A stretch of 64,000 bases of DNA, taken from Fistulifera solaris. Taxonomy: Eukaryota. The stretch lies in NCBI GenBank assembly GCA_030295235.1, contig AP026123.1, positions 868,001 to 932,000 on the forward strand, given 5' to 3'. Made by a program: the position numbers and the translations under genes. This document shows positions 49,280 through 62,117 of this stretch, in pieces. Numbering within the stretch: position 1 is the stretch's first letter; the number at the start of each line of letters is the position of its first letter. The notes below the pieces were generated by a model that was not told the origin of the DNA, did not search any database, and was given only the letters and a program-made list of their open reading frames with translations.

Positions 49280-52200
49280 CGTACTTCCATTGCTGTCATT
49301 CACTTTACGCAATCTTTTGACTCTCGTTATGGTACGCTCAAGGCCATCACATCGTTAATGATGGGACGCAGACGGCAGTCCACCTATACCTCCGCCTAGG
49401 TTAAACCGACAAGGTCCGGAACGCCAGCTAACGACTCCTCCTCGGCTCAAGCCTCGGCTTTGCTGCTTGAAGCTGTGTATCCGGCGGAGCTAACCTTAGC
49501 TGTATCTTGAATCTTGTATGCTAAAGTCTAAAATTCTCTTGTTGTATCGTTGGACAGATATCTGTGATCTGTGACCTTTCGGCAAAGAATTCGTGATTCC
49601 ACATGTCACAAAGTACATTAAAAGTAGATACTGTACTTTCATTCTGTGCGACTATGATCAATGAAGTACTTTGGCGTTACCGCCAATCGACCGACGCGAT
49701 GATCGACATGCGACGAGACTAGCGAGCGAGCGAGCAAGCAATGCATTCCTCATTGACAAGCAACGAATCAACACTTCATTGCATAAGAAGCTTATTCGAT
49801 ACCGTTTCATCTTCCCCTTTAAACGAGGACTAGAGACTGACTACAGAAGGGGGCAAAGTGATCGCCAGCGAGTTGAAAGTATCCTTTGCGGGTAAGGGAA
49901 TCGCTACCATGTCAATGCATCGATACATGAACAACAAACTAACTACGATCGTTTCTCTCTTCCTTTCAGTCAAACCACACGCTAGCGTTTCATCATGTCA
50001 TCGAACAATGCTAAACCTCCGCCTCGAATGGTCGTCGAACGCGCGGCTCCCCCATCGACGTCAAAGCCTGCCGAATCCCGGGATCTCGAAGAACGGCCCA
50101 CGGAGAACGTTGACCAAGACAACAACCAAGCGAGTAGCAACACCACTGTTACTGTTAGCTGTTGCAGTAACGGCAGGGACCACACAAGTCATTGCTGCAG
50201 TCCTGGTCACTCTTTCTGCCAAGTCGTCAACGACACTCCTTTTGACGAAGAGGCATTTCGACGACGTTGAAGTCTTGATAGAGGACGACCGTATCATCAA
50301 AAATAAGAAGCCAGAAAGCGGTCGCTGGGGTAAAAAACGAATGGCGGTCCTCTGGAAGCACACAAAGCTTATATCCAGCATCCGTTGCACAAGTTCTATT
50401 TCTGCCTAATCTGTTACCCGAAATCAGCAAGGTGTTCGTGACTTCAAGCAGGCCGAAGTCGTCCTTCACAGAAAGAGACTGGAAAAGCATGCTTCCGAGT
50501 TTGAACACATGATTACTGGAGCGGCAGATTTTGTTCAGAACGAAAAGGAGAAGGGGGAGGGAAAAGGTTCATGCTAGCAAGATCATCCTGTGGCATCCGT
50601 TTGCTGGATGGTACTGCAAGCTCAGCTTCCGACAAGAATGGTGATGGGGACTATATCAATGCTTGGCGTCAATACTGGTTCAGGTGATCTTGGCATGCAC
50701 GTTTCTGGGCATAACAAAAATCTCGAAGATCGTGTCATAATTCTTGGCATTAAGGAGTTTCAGCCAACTCTGAAGGATCATCCGAAAAGTGTTCTCGATT
50801 ACTATTTCGGGAAAGTTGACTACGGAAAAGGGATGGAACGAGTCGGCAAGAGAAGGGCGTCAAATTCGAGCGAGAATTTGAAGAGGCATCGGATGAAGTG
50901 TTTGAGAAATGGCGTTCCGAGATGGAGGAGTGTAACGAACAAGGAAAGCCCTTTCCTCCGTTCATCCTAGCGTCTGTTGTGCGTCCGGATGCTCAATCGA
51001 ACCGAAAACGGCACAGCCGTAGTGGGCGAACGTGCGAAAATCATCAGCCGTGAGGTTCAATTTGATCTAATGAACCAATACAACTTCTACAAAGATCATG
51101 CCAACGAACGAGCCGAACTTCATCGTGTGGCGCAAAACATGGAGTTTCGCGAGCTACATGATGAAGATGGTTTAGATTTTGGTGACATTCGAACGCTAGT
51201 GTACAACTTGGAAAAGTTCATTGTTGTGGATGGGAAAGCCATCTTTGAGGTTGATTATGCCATTTCAGTAAGTGGGTTGGGGCTTGAATACTACGTATTT
51301 CCAGTGGTTTACTTGATATGTGATATCGGTTGCGTGATTTGGGTGCGTTGTCGCCACGTAAGCAAAGCCATTGCACTCGAAAACTCTTGGACGGAGACAC
51401 AGAAATTATAGGTGTTCGATATGTGATGGCGAAAAGAATCGAGCTCGGTCTGACTTCAAGGAGTCTGTAGAGTTCTATGAAGTGTATTTGATTCGAACAT
51501 TTGGAGTATGTAAATCGACACCGGCACGAGGTGCAAGAGGCTATTACCGATTTGCTTCGTTCGCGAAGTGAACAAATTGGTTGGGCTTGCAAATATTCGC
51601 TTGCGCGCACCTCAACATGACAGCCTATGGTGGACCTCGACCTGCAGGTCATATTTGTCAACACGACAGTCATCGATGGAACAACGACATTCGCGTGATC
51701 CGATGGATTCCATGGGCAGACAATTATCGGGCAGAAAATTTGGACCCTCTGTACGTATTGCGCCGAATGAGCTGTCATTTGTGATGGAATTGTAGCTCTC
51801 ACCATTCTCTTTCTTATTCCATGGTTCAGATCATCCATCAAGTACCCGGTGTTTCGAACCAAAGTGCGCATTGATCCCAACGTCAAAGTTGATTATGCAA
51901 CGTGGAATCACCATCCCGGAAAAACGCTTGGAACACATTTGGGTGGATCCTGGCGGTACTCACTGCTGGGATGATCTAAAGAAGAAAATGCTTAGTATTT
52001 CGGAGAATTGGTACAAGGAGGGATGGATTGAACGATCGGTCGGCATCAAGGACGCCATGGTTCGCGCGAGCTGTACAGTTTCGGCCGTTCATGCTATGAA
52101 ATTCATAACCAAATTTCTCTGGACCGCAAGGGTTTGACAGTCGATCACGTAAACAATGAACGCTGACGATAACAGCAAAGATAATCTTCGCTGGCAACGG

Positions 52201-53092
52201 CATTGGGTCAAAGCTACAACAAGAAAATTCACAAAGAAAAGCGCGCAGATGGGACAATACCCGGTGTCCTGTTGGTTGAGAAAAACAAGTTTTGGTCAGT
52301 CAAACACTGTTACAAGGGGACACAGAAATATAAGACGTTTCCCTTCGATCCCAAGAATAAAGAATCTCGAGCAAAAGCTTTAGCTGATGCTGTCAAATTT
52401 AAAAAGGACCAAGCCGTTTTTGTGAAAAAGCAGCAGCAGGAGGTAGCCGACGATGTACTACATGGCCGAAAAACGCTGGCGGAGGCGAACCGTGCCATGT
52501 ACCGACATTGGGTCAGATAGTGGAACGGAAAGTGACAGCGAAGAAGCAGAGGAAGATTTTGCTTCGGCCGAAGAGAATCACAGTTTTTATTAAAACATCG
52601 AGGGTTTGGATTTTTACGTGCCAAAGCCTCTCAGCCGAAAGGCGACTGGCTTCAGCAAGAGGACCCACACTATAAAAAAGAATCGGTCTAAAAAGCGCCG
52701 TAAGTCTCTCGCCCATGGCGGCTGCTATCTCTGCTTCGTCTTTGAACGAAAATGTGGATGAGAATTCGGCACCTGCTTTGTAAGATTTGTCGAATCAAAC
52801 GTCCGTCCCGACTGACTGTTGTGTACCCGCAGTGATAACATTATTAGCATGGTGCTTGAAAAATGCATCCTGTAGTGAATACGCTTAGCTTCTGCCGCAC
52901 ATAATCTTAATCTTGCGGCTCAGCTCGAACCACTTTTGACAGCTTCAAAGCCGAATCGGCAGCTCGTGTTCCGTTTAACCCAGGTGGACTGCCGTCTTCG
53001 TCGAACGATGACGATAAAGGGTAACAAATGCAACGGATAGATGGTCCTTGGTTTTAAGGCGGATTACAGTAAACAAGGAGCAATTGTACTAC
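49280..53092. mobile_element. Inverted-repeat-bounded element carrying an HNH/AP2-like endonuclease gene
   Basis: Perfect 16-bp inverted repeat AGACGGCAGTCCACCT at 49370-49385 and 52982-52997, within ~200 bp of patchy inverted similarity. Outer limits are approximate. Confidence 0.65.
49995..52520 (+). pseudogene. Fragmented multi-domain ORF: CxxC repeats, HNH-like, NUMOD4-like, HNH, AP2-like
   Basis: AHLNMTAYGGPRPAGHICQHDSHRWNNDIRVIRWIPWADN at 51.6-51.7 kb. Across frameshifts at 52.1-52.5 kb it reads GLTVDHVNNER/DDNSKDNLRW/TALGQSYNK...IPGV...FWSVKH...KYKTF...ALADAVKFK. Putative introns at 49892-49969 and 51751-51829. Confidence 0.7.
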
Positions 53093-53543
53093 GGAATCAT
53101 CACTTCGGCATTAATAATAGCTAGACTGGGCCTCTAGCTAGCTCCCTCTAGGATAGGTCTAGGGCAAAACGAAACTAATGATTTGAGGCTCAAACGCAGC
53201 GAAAGTGTCACACTTACACATTTGATATGTACTATATAGGTCAAATTACACCTATGTTTTCTTATTCATGACCCAAATGAATTTTAGTCACGAACCTTTG
53301 CTATATGCTACCCCGAGTAAATTATTTCATTGTTGATGCTTCACGTCTCCCCTGGGCACCAAAAAACCGGCGATTATTGAAACAACTCAGCTAATTACCA
53401 TTGTTGATCTCTTAATCAAAGTATCAATACGAAGCATATGCATTGTGGAACCATCGCTTCTGCCAAAAGCCAACTAAAAACAAAAAAGACTCGTGATTAC
53501 TAAGTCACGGAAGAAAAAAATAACCTTAACCCTAGTAAAAATT

Positions 53544-53616
53544 TGGCTTTACTGAGAGTCGAACTCAGGTCGACGGAATCAGAACCCGTAGTGATAACCA
53601 ACTACACTATAAAGCC
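53544..53616 (-). tRNA. tRNA-Gln (anticodon CTG)
   Basis: Minus strand GGCTTTATAGTGTAGTTGGTTATCACTACGGGTTCTGATTCCGTCGACCTGAGTTCGACTCTCAGTAAAGCCA folds as a cloverleaf: acceptor GGCTTTA/TAAAGCC, anticodon loop TTCTGAT, T-loop TTCGACT. A T-run terminator follows. Confidence 0.95.
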
Positions 53617-53831
53617 ATCCGGCTACAAAGGAAAACCATAAATTCATCACCGTACAAAAATGGACACTTCTTCGAGTCTCTAGGTATCGGTACTGTACAC
53701 GTACAAGTACACATTTCAAAAAATATTTCAAACTCGAAACCGCGAACATCAATCTCGCATTTTTAGAAACTTAGTTATCATTTAACCACCCAATGGCAAC
53801 AAGATGTTAAGAAATTACTCCATAATACGCT

Positions 53832-54773
53832 TCAAAAAGCTCGTTGACTGGCAGTCAAGTGAATCGCATTCTGAGGCAAGATCATGTCTGCCAAGGAAAT
53901 GTTCAATTCGACACTTTTTTTGAACACTTCTTCCACTGATTCTGGTGTCACTACAGTATGCGTCAACCTTAGACACTCGATGGAGTTTCGTAATCTTGCC
54001 AGCGACTTGCGTTCCTCGGGAGAGTAGGGAAGGCCCGCATGCTCGTCTCTCCGTCTTTCTTGTAATTCCGCCAGGTCTTGGTTACTATCCACCGGATTGG
54101 TTGTTCTATCTGTGGTCTGTAGCTTGCGTTGCATCCATATCATTCCATTGCATCCAAAAAGTACCTCAAACCGATCTAGGAAGGAATCGAAATAGTGGTT
54201 TCTCCTGCGTGGTACAAGAGATGGCGGTACAGTAATCACACACCCATTTTCAAGTTTGCCGTAGCGAAAACTTCTAGTGTGCAAAAATACTGTCCCATCG
54301 GCCTGAACCTTATGAACTTCGGCAGAAACAATGTCACCTTCTTCTAAATACTGTCTCATTTCGCGGGCGTCTTGAGCTGTCCGGATACGTTGAACGCCCC
54401 CTGGTAAATGTACACCCGATAATGGCAAAGAAGCCGTTCTCGCGTGGCCAATGAGCGTCACACTCCATCGAGCCCCTCCTACCGCGGCGATTCGTCCGAC
54501 CACAAGGTCCCCCGTATGAGCGTCATAATTCGAACTGCAGACACTCTCGACGCTGATCAGTTTATTGACGCGTTGAACAATACCCGTCACAGAGGCAATC
54601 AGTCTTTGTTCGGTGCGCGTCTTTTCAATGTAGGTACCGTGTCCTCTCAAAAGGAATCGTCCGACTCTTCTGCACCTTCCGTTACGGACGCGACCGCAAT
54701 AACTTGCCCAGGTACTACCAACTGGTGCTTCAACGAGTCTACCTCGCTCATTTTGATAATGCTGTGGACTCAA
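53832..54773 (-). CDS. RRP4: Exosome complex component RRP4
   Basis: Motifs FLLRGHGTY, ASVTGIVQRVNKLISV, GDLVVGRI, LPGGVQR, EGDIVSAEV, LHTRS.RYGKL.NG and GCNGMIW. N-terminus possibly frameshifted. Confidence 0.93.
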   Translation of the reverse strand: MSPQHYQNERGRLVEAPVGSTWASYCGRVRNGRCRRVGRFLLRGHGTYIEKTRTEQRLIASVTGIVQRVNKLISVESVCSSNYDAHTGDLVVGRIAAVGGARWSVTLIGHARTASLPLSGVHLPGGVQRIRTAQDAREMRQYLEEGDIVSAEVHKVQADGTVFLHTRSFRYGKLENGCVITVPPSLVPRRRNHYFDSFLDRFEVLFGCNGMIWMQRKLQTTDRTTNPVDSNQDLAELQERRRDEHAGLPYSPEERKSLARLRNSIECLRLTHTVVTPESVEEVFKKSVELNISLADMILPQNAIHLTASQRAF

Positions 54774-55958
54774 TATGGCTTTCGTATTGTTTGAGTATTG
54801 TAAGTAGTTAGCAAATACTCGTATACTTACTTTTCATGATGGTTAAACATTCTTTACAAACAAAAAAGATTGGAAGGGGCGGACGAGAAAACTGAGAAAA
54901 AGCAAAACAGAAACTCCTCCTACCCGTCGCCATACAGACCGCAAAAATGATTTGCAGAGTCCCGTCAAAAAAGTAATATACTACGTACACGATACTAATA
55001 CAACAACATTCACACTCCAAGAAATGACGTCTGTCTCATGAATGAGCAAATCAACCTGCGAACTGCGAACAAAGATACCGTAGCCAAAAATAAACTGCAA
55101 AGAACCTTTCCAACAATGAGCTTCAAGGACAATGAAAAGGAGGAAACGGACGCATTTCTTACCAGCAGTAGTGTTGAAAGTCGGTGCTCGACATGCAACT
55201 TTTTCTCGAAAGGTGACTCGAAAATTTGGTGCAATCCGTCAAAGTTCTACGCAGCAGAGAACCAGCCACCGGAAACATGACGGAACGATTCTTTTAACGC
55301 TGGGACTTTCAACTTTGTTTTTGGTTAAAGTGGATTGTTTCTTGCAGTATCAAAACAAACAAGAGGTCACGGATACGGGGCAAGAAATACGACACGATGG
55401 AAGAATACAAAATGGGCGAAAGTCATGGATTGAAAGGCGTCAAAGTTGGTGATGTAGTTGAAGTTCTGCAAGAGGATGTTGGTCCTGGGCGCATGTGATT
55501 GCGATGAATGCGGTGTCACGCCCAGAAATTTGTCCTTCCGAGTGAGATCAAGGAAGCGATTAATTGATTTAAACGAACAAAGTGAGTTTGAAACCATTGA
55601 AGGAACGACAGCTTATGCTACAAGAAGCTATGGACGTTGCCGAGCGAAGCGGAACCTTTATTGGCAAAGTTCATCACCATTATCGCAAACAAGCTTTATA
55701 CGCTCTGTGAACCGATCAACTTCGACTCAAGAACAATGCAACACTAAGACGAACGCTACGTAGTTTCCGCGTAGGAGTCGTACAAAGTACGTAGTAGAAA
55801 AAGCTATGTTCGACATTAGTTGAGGAGAGGAGAATTGCACTGCTTCGAGTGTCTACGTCAATTTCATGTAGCCCTCGTGGGACGAATAACGATCACTTCA
55901 GCTGAGTCTTACAAAACGGGAACACCGGATAGATTATTGTGACCATATCCCATAACCA

Positions 55959-58900
55959 TCAAATCGAAGTCCAAGTATTGGGAACGGTCATAAAATACCT
56001 CTCCATTGCATTGGTAAAGCGCGCCTTGTACAGCGGTGGCTGAATGATCGTTGGAGCTTCGCTGCCCACAACCATCGGCAAGGACTTGCCCACCCTTTCC
56101 ATCTGCTTCAAAATGTCGTACTGTCTCATGAAATCAATAATCCCCACGACTAGTTCGTTACTTTCTTCGTCAACTCCGACGAGAATAGAATAGTCCAGCA
56201 CGTTGATGATGGATAAGAATAGTGTATCGTTCAAAATACTCATTTGGAAAAGAGCTTTCGCACGATCCGTTAAAGGAAGTGGTCGGCCGCGTGTAAATTC
56301 TAGAAAATCTCCATCCAGCAAAGTTGCTGGACCATCTCGCTTTACTGTAGGTACATTGGTCGGCTCGTTGCCATCCAAAATAGAGTTGTTGTCAGAGTCC
56401 GTGACATTAGCGCTCTTTGCTTTGGCGTTGATATCCTCTTGTGATTCATCTTTGCGCTGCGCTGCGAAACGACCTCGCAGGCTACCTTTCAGATCGAAAA
56501 TTTTACTGATATTCTTGTTGTAGAATATATTCTGCATTACTGCGACTTGTTCCATCGTTCGTTTGCCAGTTATGCGGTTGTGAATGCCAATTTGGTAAAC
56601 TCCGACAATTTTGCATAGCACAGTAGGACTGTCAAAATTGAAAAGGGTAAGATGTGTATAGCATTTTTTACTCTCCGTTGCAAGCAACTTACAGTCCGTG
56701 AAAGAAAGCCTTGCTCAAGTACTCAAAGTAAGCACTTGAACATTCCAGAAACATTTGCAGTTCTGTGCGGCTAATGTTCTTCATAACAAATCTGTCGTCG
56801 TTCGTCCTTGCAAACGATGCTCCGCTCTTTCCGCCAGAAGCAGCCCAGGAATATGCCGAAGACAGACTTTCCATGTAAGACCGCTCTATATCCTCTTTGT
56901 CCCCATCATCCCCGTTTCCAGAGAGGAACACTTCTCGAACGGCATGAAACTGCGTTGCCCAATATGACGTACACACAAACTTGCACGTCACGCGACCTTT
57001 TTCATCGTAGTCTCGGAAAGTGATCTTAATGTGAGATTTTTGCGGTTCAACATTTTTCGCTCAATCGCACGAGTTGATTCATTCAGTGTAGATGATCGGG
57101 TGGTAGAAGGAAGAGTCCCTTCTAATGATGGAGCTCCGGATTGGTCATTTTGTTGCTGCCTATGAGCTTGTGATTGAACATCGTCAGCGTCGCCTTCAAA
57201 CTTTGAAAAGTGCTTGAATTGCTTCGCATATTCTGAAGACAGGAGTGAGTACGCGATGATCGTACTAAGCTGTTCGTCAATGACCGTAACAATGATTCCG
57301 TTCACACCGGGAGCTAACCTGGGTCTGCCTTCGCTAAAGATACCAAGATCGACTCGATACGATTCATATTCGCGTCCTCCGCGATTGAAGAAGCGGGTAA
57401 TCGCTGACTTCACAGCACCACCGGGAGTTGATTTGGGGGGTATATTGGTTTCCAACGAATTGGCAAAATTATCGCCTTGTCTTCGAGTCCCCAATGTTTT
57501 CTTCGGTGCTGCTTTACTATTATTGCGACCGCCTTCATTCGTACTTTGAACTGAGCTTTTTCCTGTCTTCTGAAGTCGGCGACGTGAAGCCAAGACATCA
57601 GCATCGACACCAACCGTAAAGTCGATCGAAGTATCGGGTTGATCGTCAAATTCATCGTCATCGTCAAAAGCGTTGGGGTTGGGAATATTTGGAAGAATCT
57701 GATTAATGTCAATGACGTCGTAGCGCGCATACTGCTCATTAAGTTCCTTTAACCGTCGCATACCCTCTAGAAGTTCCTCCTGCAAAGGATCGCCAGGATT
57801 GGTTCCGACTACTCCAGCTAGCTTCTTCATCGCGGACATTGCTTGGCCTGTGGCTGTCAGCTTTTCGTTCCATGCAGACATAACCATGAATAGATATCGT
57901 TTGGCAAGACCAGGAAATCTTAAAACGGTTTGAACTTCATCGCTTTGGCGACAACTATCTGATACTGATGCAATCTTCTCTTGCAATGTTTTCGCCGCTA
58001 AATCCACTTCAGATCCGATACGATTCAGCTCTGACAAAACAGTTTGTAAATGCTCCGGGCGATTGTTGGCCGAATCGAAAAGTGACCTTGCTTCCCGTGA
58101 TACTTTTTCAATGTGCTTGTCGAATTTGACGAAAAGCTCCGACGAAGCCATGGAGATAACGTCCAAACGGCGCATCGCCTCTTCTCGGTGCCATTCCAAA
58201 ACAATGGGCAAAGTTTTACGTACAAATACTCCGTAAGGCTTCACCGGTTCATAGGTGAAACGAGCAGCCAACGAATCGCACCCATAGTATAAAACGGAAG
58301 ACTGCAAAGGACAGCCGCACGCGCGTAGTACACCGTCTCGATTATAGAAAAAGACTTCAAGAAACTTCCCGAATGACCATTTCCATGTTTGTTCACTAAT
58401 GAAGACAGGGGCTGTTACATTCTTTCGACAGTTCTTACAATAAGTCCACGTTACAATTGGTTTGTTCGCTTCATCGTCGACTTCGTCAACAGTCACATCC
58501 TCCCTATCGTCGCGATCAATTTCCCCTGAAAACGGAGTTTCCAATTCTTCGACCTGTTACAAAACCAAGTAAGATTCGTACTCAACTCCATCATGGGAGA
58601 GCGCATTCGTCCTTACCGTTATGTTTATCAATCCATCATGGTGAACAAACGCTAATGAGTGGTCAAGAACACTCTTCTTACAACTGGGGTTCTGACACTT
58701 CAGCGACAAATTAAAACAAGAATCTCGCAAAAATTGACCCAGCGCAACATCCTGCAAAGAGTAATAGCATATGCCTTTTACTTCAGCGGGACAACATTGT
58801 GACTTTTCAGCCATCCATACCGACGTTATTAAAATAGACTGATGATCCATGGCTGTGATTTCGCCTTGCTCATTTTGATTCAGATTATCACCGTTCCAGG

Positions 58901-60680
58901 GCCGTACTTTTCGTCCGGATGGGGGCGGACCAAAGTCGACGGCTAGCGATGATGATTGAACATGGGCACTGCTGACTGAGAAAGTCGATTTCAGTAAGGC
59001 ACCTCTTTCCCTGAGAAAAGCAGTTTCGAGTCGCAAATTGTACGCCACATGCACCAAGAACCGCAAAACAGTTTTGACTTCCGCCAAAAAGTCCTTGGTT
59101 CCTCCTCTCAAAACAATGGTGCACCCCAAATTCTTTGGGCACCCCTCCAGCATCACAAAAGTGTTCGCTACACCACGTTTCGCTAAACCACTTTTTACTG
59201 CCACAGCGCCATCCCATACCTTCTCACCGAGTTGCTGCGCGCAGAGTGCGGCTTCGCGTTCCGTTGAGTTGCGCGGTTCCATGCTAGGGTCGTATACTTC
59301 GTTGTCGCGAAAGGTGACCAGCCGAAAGCGTTCGCAGTGGCCCAGAACTGCCGTACCAGAATGATTTAATATTTGCTCAGTGCTGGAGATTATGGCGGCG
59401 CCTGTCTGACGTGCGATTCGATTCAATAGTGATGCCTTCACGTGCTGGATAAGGACGATATCCGCTCGTAATAGCATTTCTTGTGCTTTTCTGCTAGCAG
59501 ATTTCCCAAGGATGACAATGTCTGGTTTGAGTTTGGTGATTTTGTTGATCAAAATCTCCAAATACTTCGTCTCCTGTTCAAAGAGAGTATCCAAAGACGC
59601 GAACTGGCCTTCGGTACGACCGTGAAATTCCAAACTTCCGGCTAAAAGTAGTATTTTTGGTTTTAACACGCACTTGGCCATCCGTTTGTGTGTCACTGTT
59701 TTGCGAAACACAATACCCGAAAGATATGCGCAATCCGAATAAGAACCACCAGCAATACGTTTGATTTTCACATACGGTCGAATGTCTAGCAAATCACCTC
59801 GTCTCACGTTGGGCTCGACGGTCGCGCAGCATCGTGTAGCCAGTGTCAGCAACTGATGAATCCATTTCTTCTTGTTCGATTCCGGTAAATTCCATATTCC
59901 AGCGGCGTGTACCCGTATAATTTCCGTTGCCATAGATTCTAGATGTTGCGCCGCTGCCTGTCCCACCGACCCCTTCACAGATGAGGACTGCAGAGGCGAC
60001 GGTTCCGCCACAGGGGTCGTTTTTGCGGTGTCATTGTAAGCGTTGATCTTGGTATCGTTCTCCTTCTCGCCATCTTGAACCGACTGGTCTCGACATTGTT
60101 GACAGACTCGCTGTGTTGAATTCTTATAAGGAACAAAGTACGCGCTGCATGTGTTGCAGAACACTTGGTTGCACTGGCGGCAATGGTGTCTCCTTCGAAA
60201 TTGAGTGAACGGCGTATGACAAGCAAAACAATGTTGCGACAATAGATCTGGCATCCAATGCTGTTGATCTGTGATCATTTTATCCGGGTTGTCGGGGCTA
60301 GCCAATTGTTCCGGTTGCTCGGAAGTGTCTGGAGATTGTAGTATCGTCTCTGTATGCCACAATGATTCTTCCCATTCCTCCGTTTTCATTTTTTCGGGTT
60401 GCTGTTTTCTCGGCTGCGTTGACGCGACGTTTTCGCTGATACTTTCATCCTCCTCTTCTTCTTCACCAAGTCCGACGCCTAATTGAAGCCATTCTTGCGC
60501 GGTCGGCACTCGATTCTCGGGAATTTTGGTAAGATTGACACCACTACCGTAAACGGGGAACTGCGTCAACTCATCTTCGGCCTCACCGTCGCGTGAATTC
60601 ACGTCAATCAAGGCTTGCTCATCCTTCTTTTGGGCATTCGAGGTAGTCGTCCAAGAAGGCGTCCACCAGAGACTATTCAT
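55959..60680 (-). CDS. FAB1: PI3P 5-kinase FAB1/PIKfyve
   Basis: Canonical FYVE (WMPD, RRRHHCR, RVC), CCT-like domain (YVKIKRIAGG, AYNLRLE), DVALGQFL, WSFGKFLE and kinase motifs SGGKSGA, FDLKGS, DYS and GIIDFMRQY. Two introns and one frameshift (~57020). Confidence 0.95.
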
Positions 60681-60871
60681 GTTTTATTTGAAGTCAACTG
60701 AATATACATTTAGTCTACTCTTTGTTGTTGCTATCCGCATTGTTTTTTGTCTTCGTCGACACCTCCACCTATAGACTAAATAAATAATAATTGTCGCGAT
60801 CCGCGATGCGACACCGAGGTCATGTAGTACGACCTACGTAAATCTAGCTAGAGAGCCATTTTTTCACGAAA

Positions 60872-62117
60872 CCTTGAATTTTCAGTATGAAACAGAGTGT
60901 TGGTTTACGCAAGCCAAGACTGGATTGTACAGTGGTCATAAAAACCCAACAAAAAAATCCGTTTTGCGTTTTGCGTCTCTCGCATCCGTCCATTGTCATT
61001 CAACTGCGAATATATTTATGATTACGGGTAAGTAAAGTCGCAACAATGATGATCCTGAACTACTTGTTAATTTCTTTAATTTTCACGTCGAAAATCCGAG
61101 GATCTACATCGAAAAGGAGTGTTGGTTTACGCCAGCCAAGACTGGATTGTTCAGTAGTCATGAACCGAACAACAATGTGTTCCGTTTTGCGTCTCTCGCA
61201 TCCGTCCATTTTGATTCAACTGCGAATATAATTATTATTAACTGGTAAATAAAATCGCAACAATGATGATTCTGAACTACTTGTTAAGAGTTTCCTTTAT
61301 TTTCAAGTCGAAAAGCCGAGGATTGACACCTTGAATTATCACTATGAAACAGTGTGTTGGTTTACGCCAGCCAAGACTGGATTGTACAGTAGTCATGAAC
61401 CGAACAACAAAAGAAAGTTTTGCATTTTGCGTCTCTCGCATCTGTCTATTGTCATTCAACTGCGAATATGATTATTACTACGGGTAGATAAAGTGGCAAA
61501 AATGATGATTCTGAACTACTTGTTAAGAGTTTCCTTTATTTTCAAGTCGAAAATCCGAGGATCGACACCTTGAATTTCCACTATGAAACGGGGTGTTAGT
61601 TTACGCCAGCCAAGACTGGATTGTACAGTTGTCATGAACCGAACAACGAAGGGTTCCGTTTTGCGTTTTGCGTCTCTCGCATCCTTCCATTGTCATTCAA
61701 CTGCGAATATAATTTTAATTAACTGGTAAATAAAGTCGCAACAATGATGATTCTCAACTAGTTGCTAAGAGTTTCTTTAATTTTCACGTCGAAAATCCGA
61801 GGATCTACATCTATTGAATTTCCACTATGAAACGGAGTGTTGGTTTACGCCAGCCAAGACTGGATTGTACAGTTGTCATGAACCGAACAACAAAGGGTCC
61901 CTTTTGCGCCTCTCGTATCCATCCATTGTCATTCAACTGCGAATATAATTATTATTAACTGGTAAATAAAGTCGCAACAATGATGATTCTGAACTACTTG
62001 TTAAGAGTCTTATTTTCACGTCGAAATAATCCGAGGAACGACACCATGAATTTTTACTATGAAACAGTGTGTTGGTTTACGCCAGCCAAGAGTCGTCGAT
62101 TGTACAGTAGTCATGAA
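60872..62117 (-). repeat. ~245-bp satellite, ~5.3 copies, inverted relative to the 44.9-kb array
   Basis: GTT(G/A)GTTTACGC.AGCCAAGA anchors at ~60899, 61101, 61356, 61595, 61839 and 62071. These are the reverse complement of the 44.9-46.0 kb unit. Confidence 0.97.

Noticed and set aside
55038..55763. Short Cys-containing ORFs between RRP4 and FAB1
   Set aside because: Interrupted by stops with no identifiable domain.
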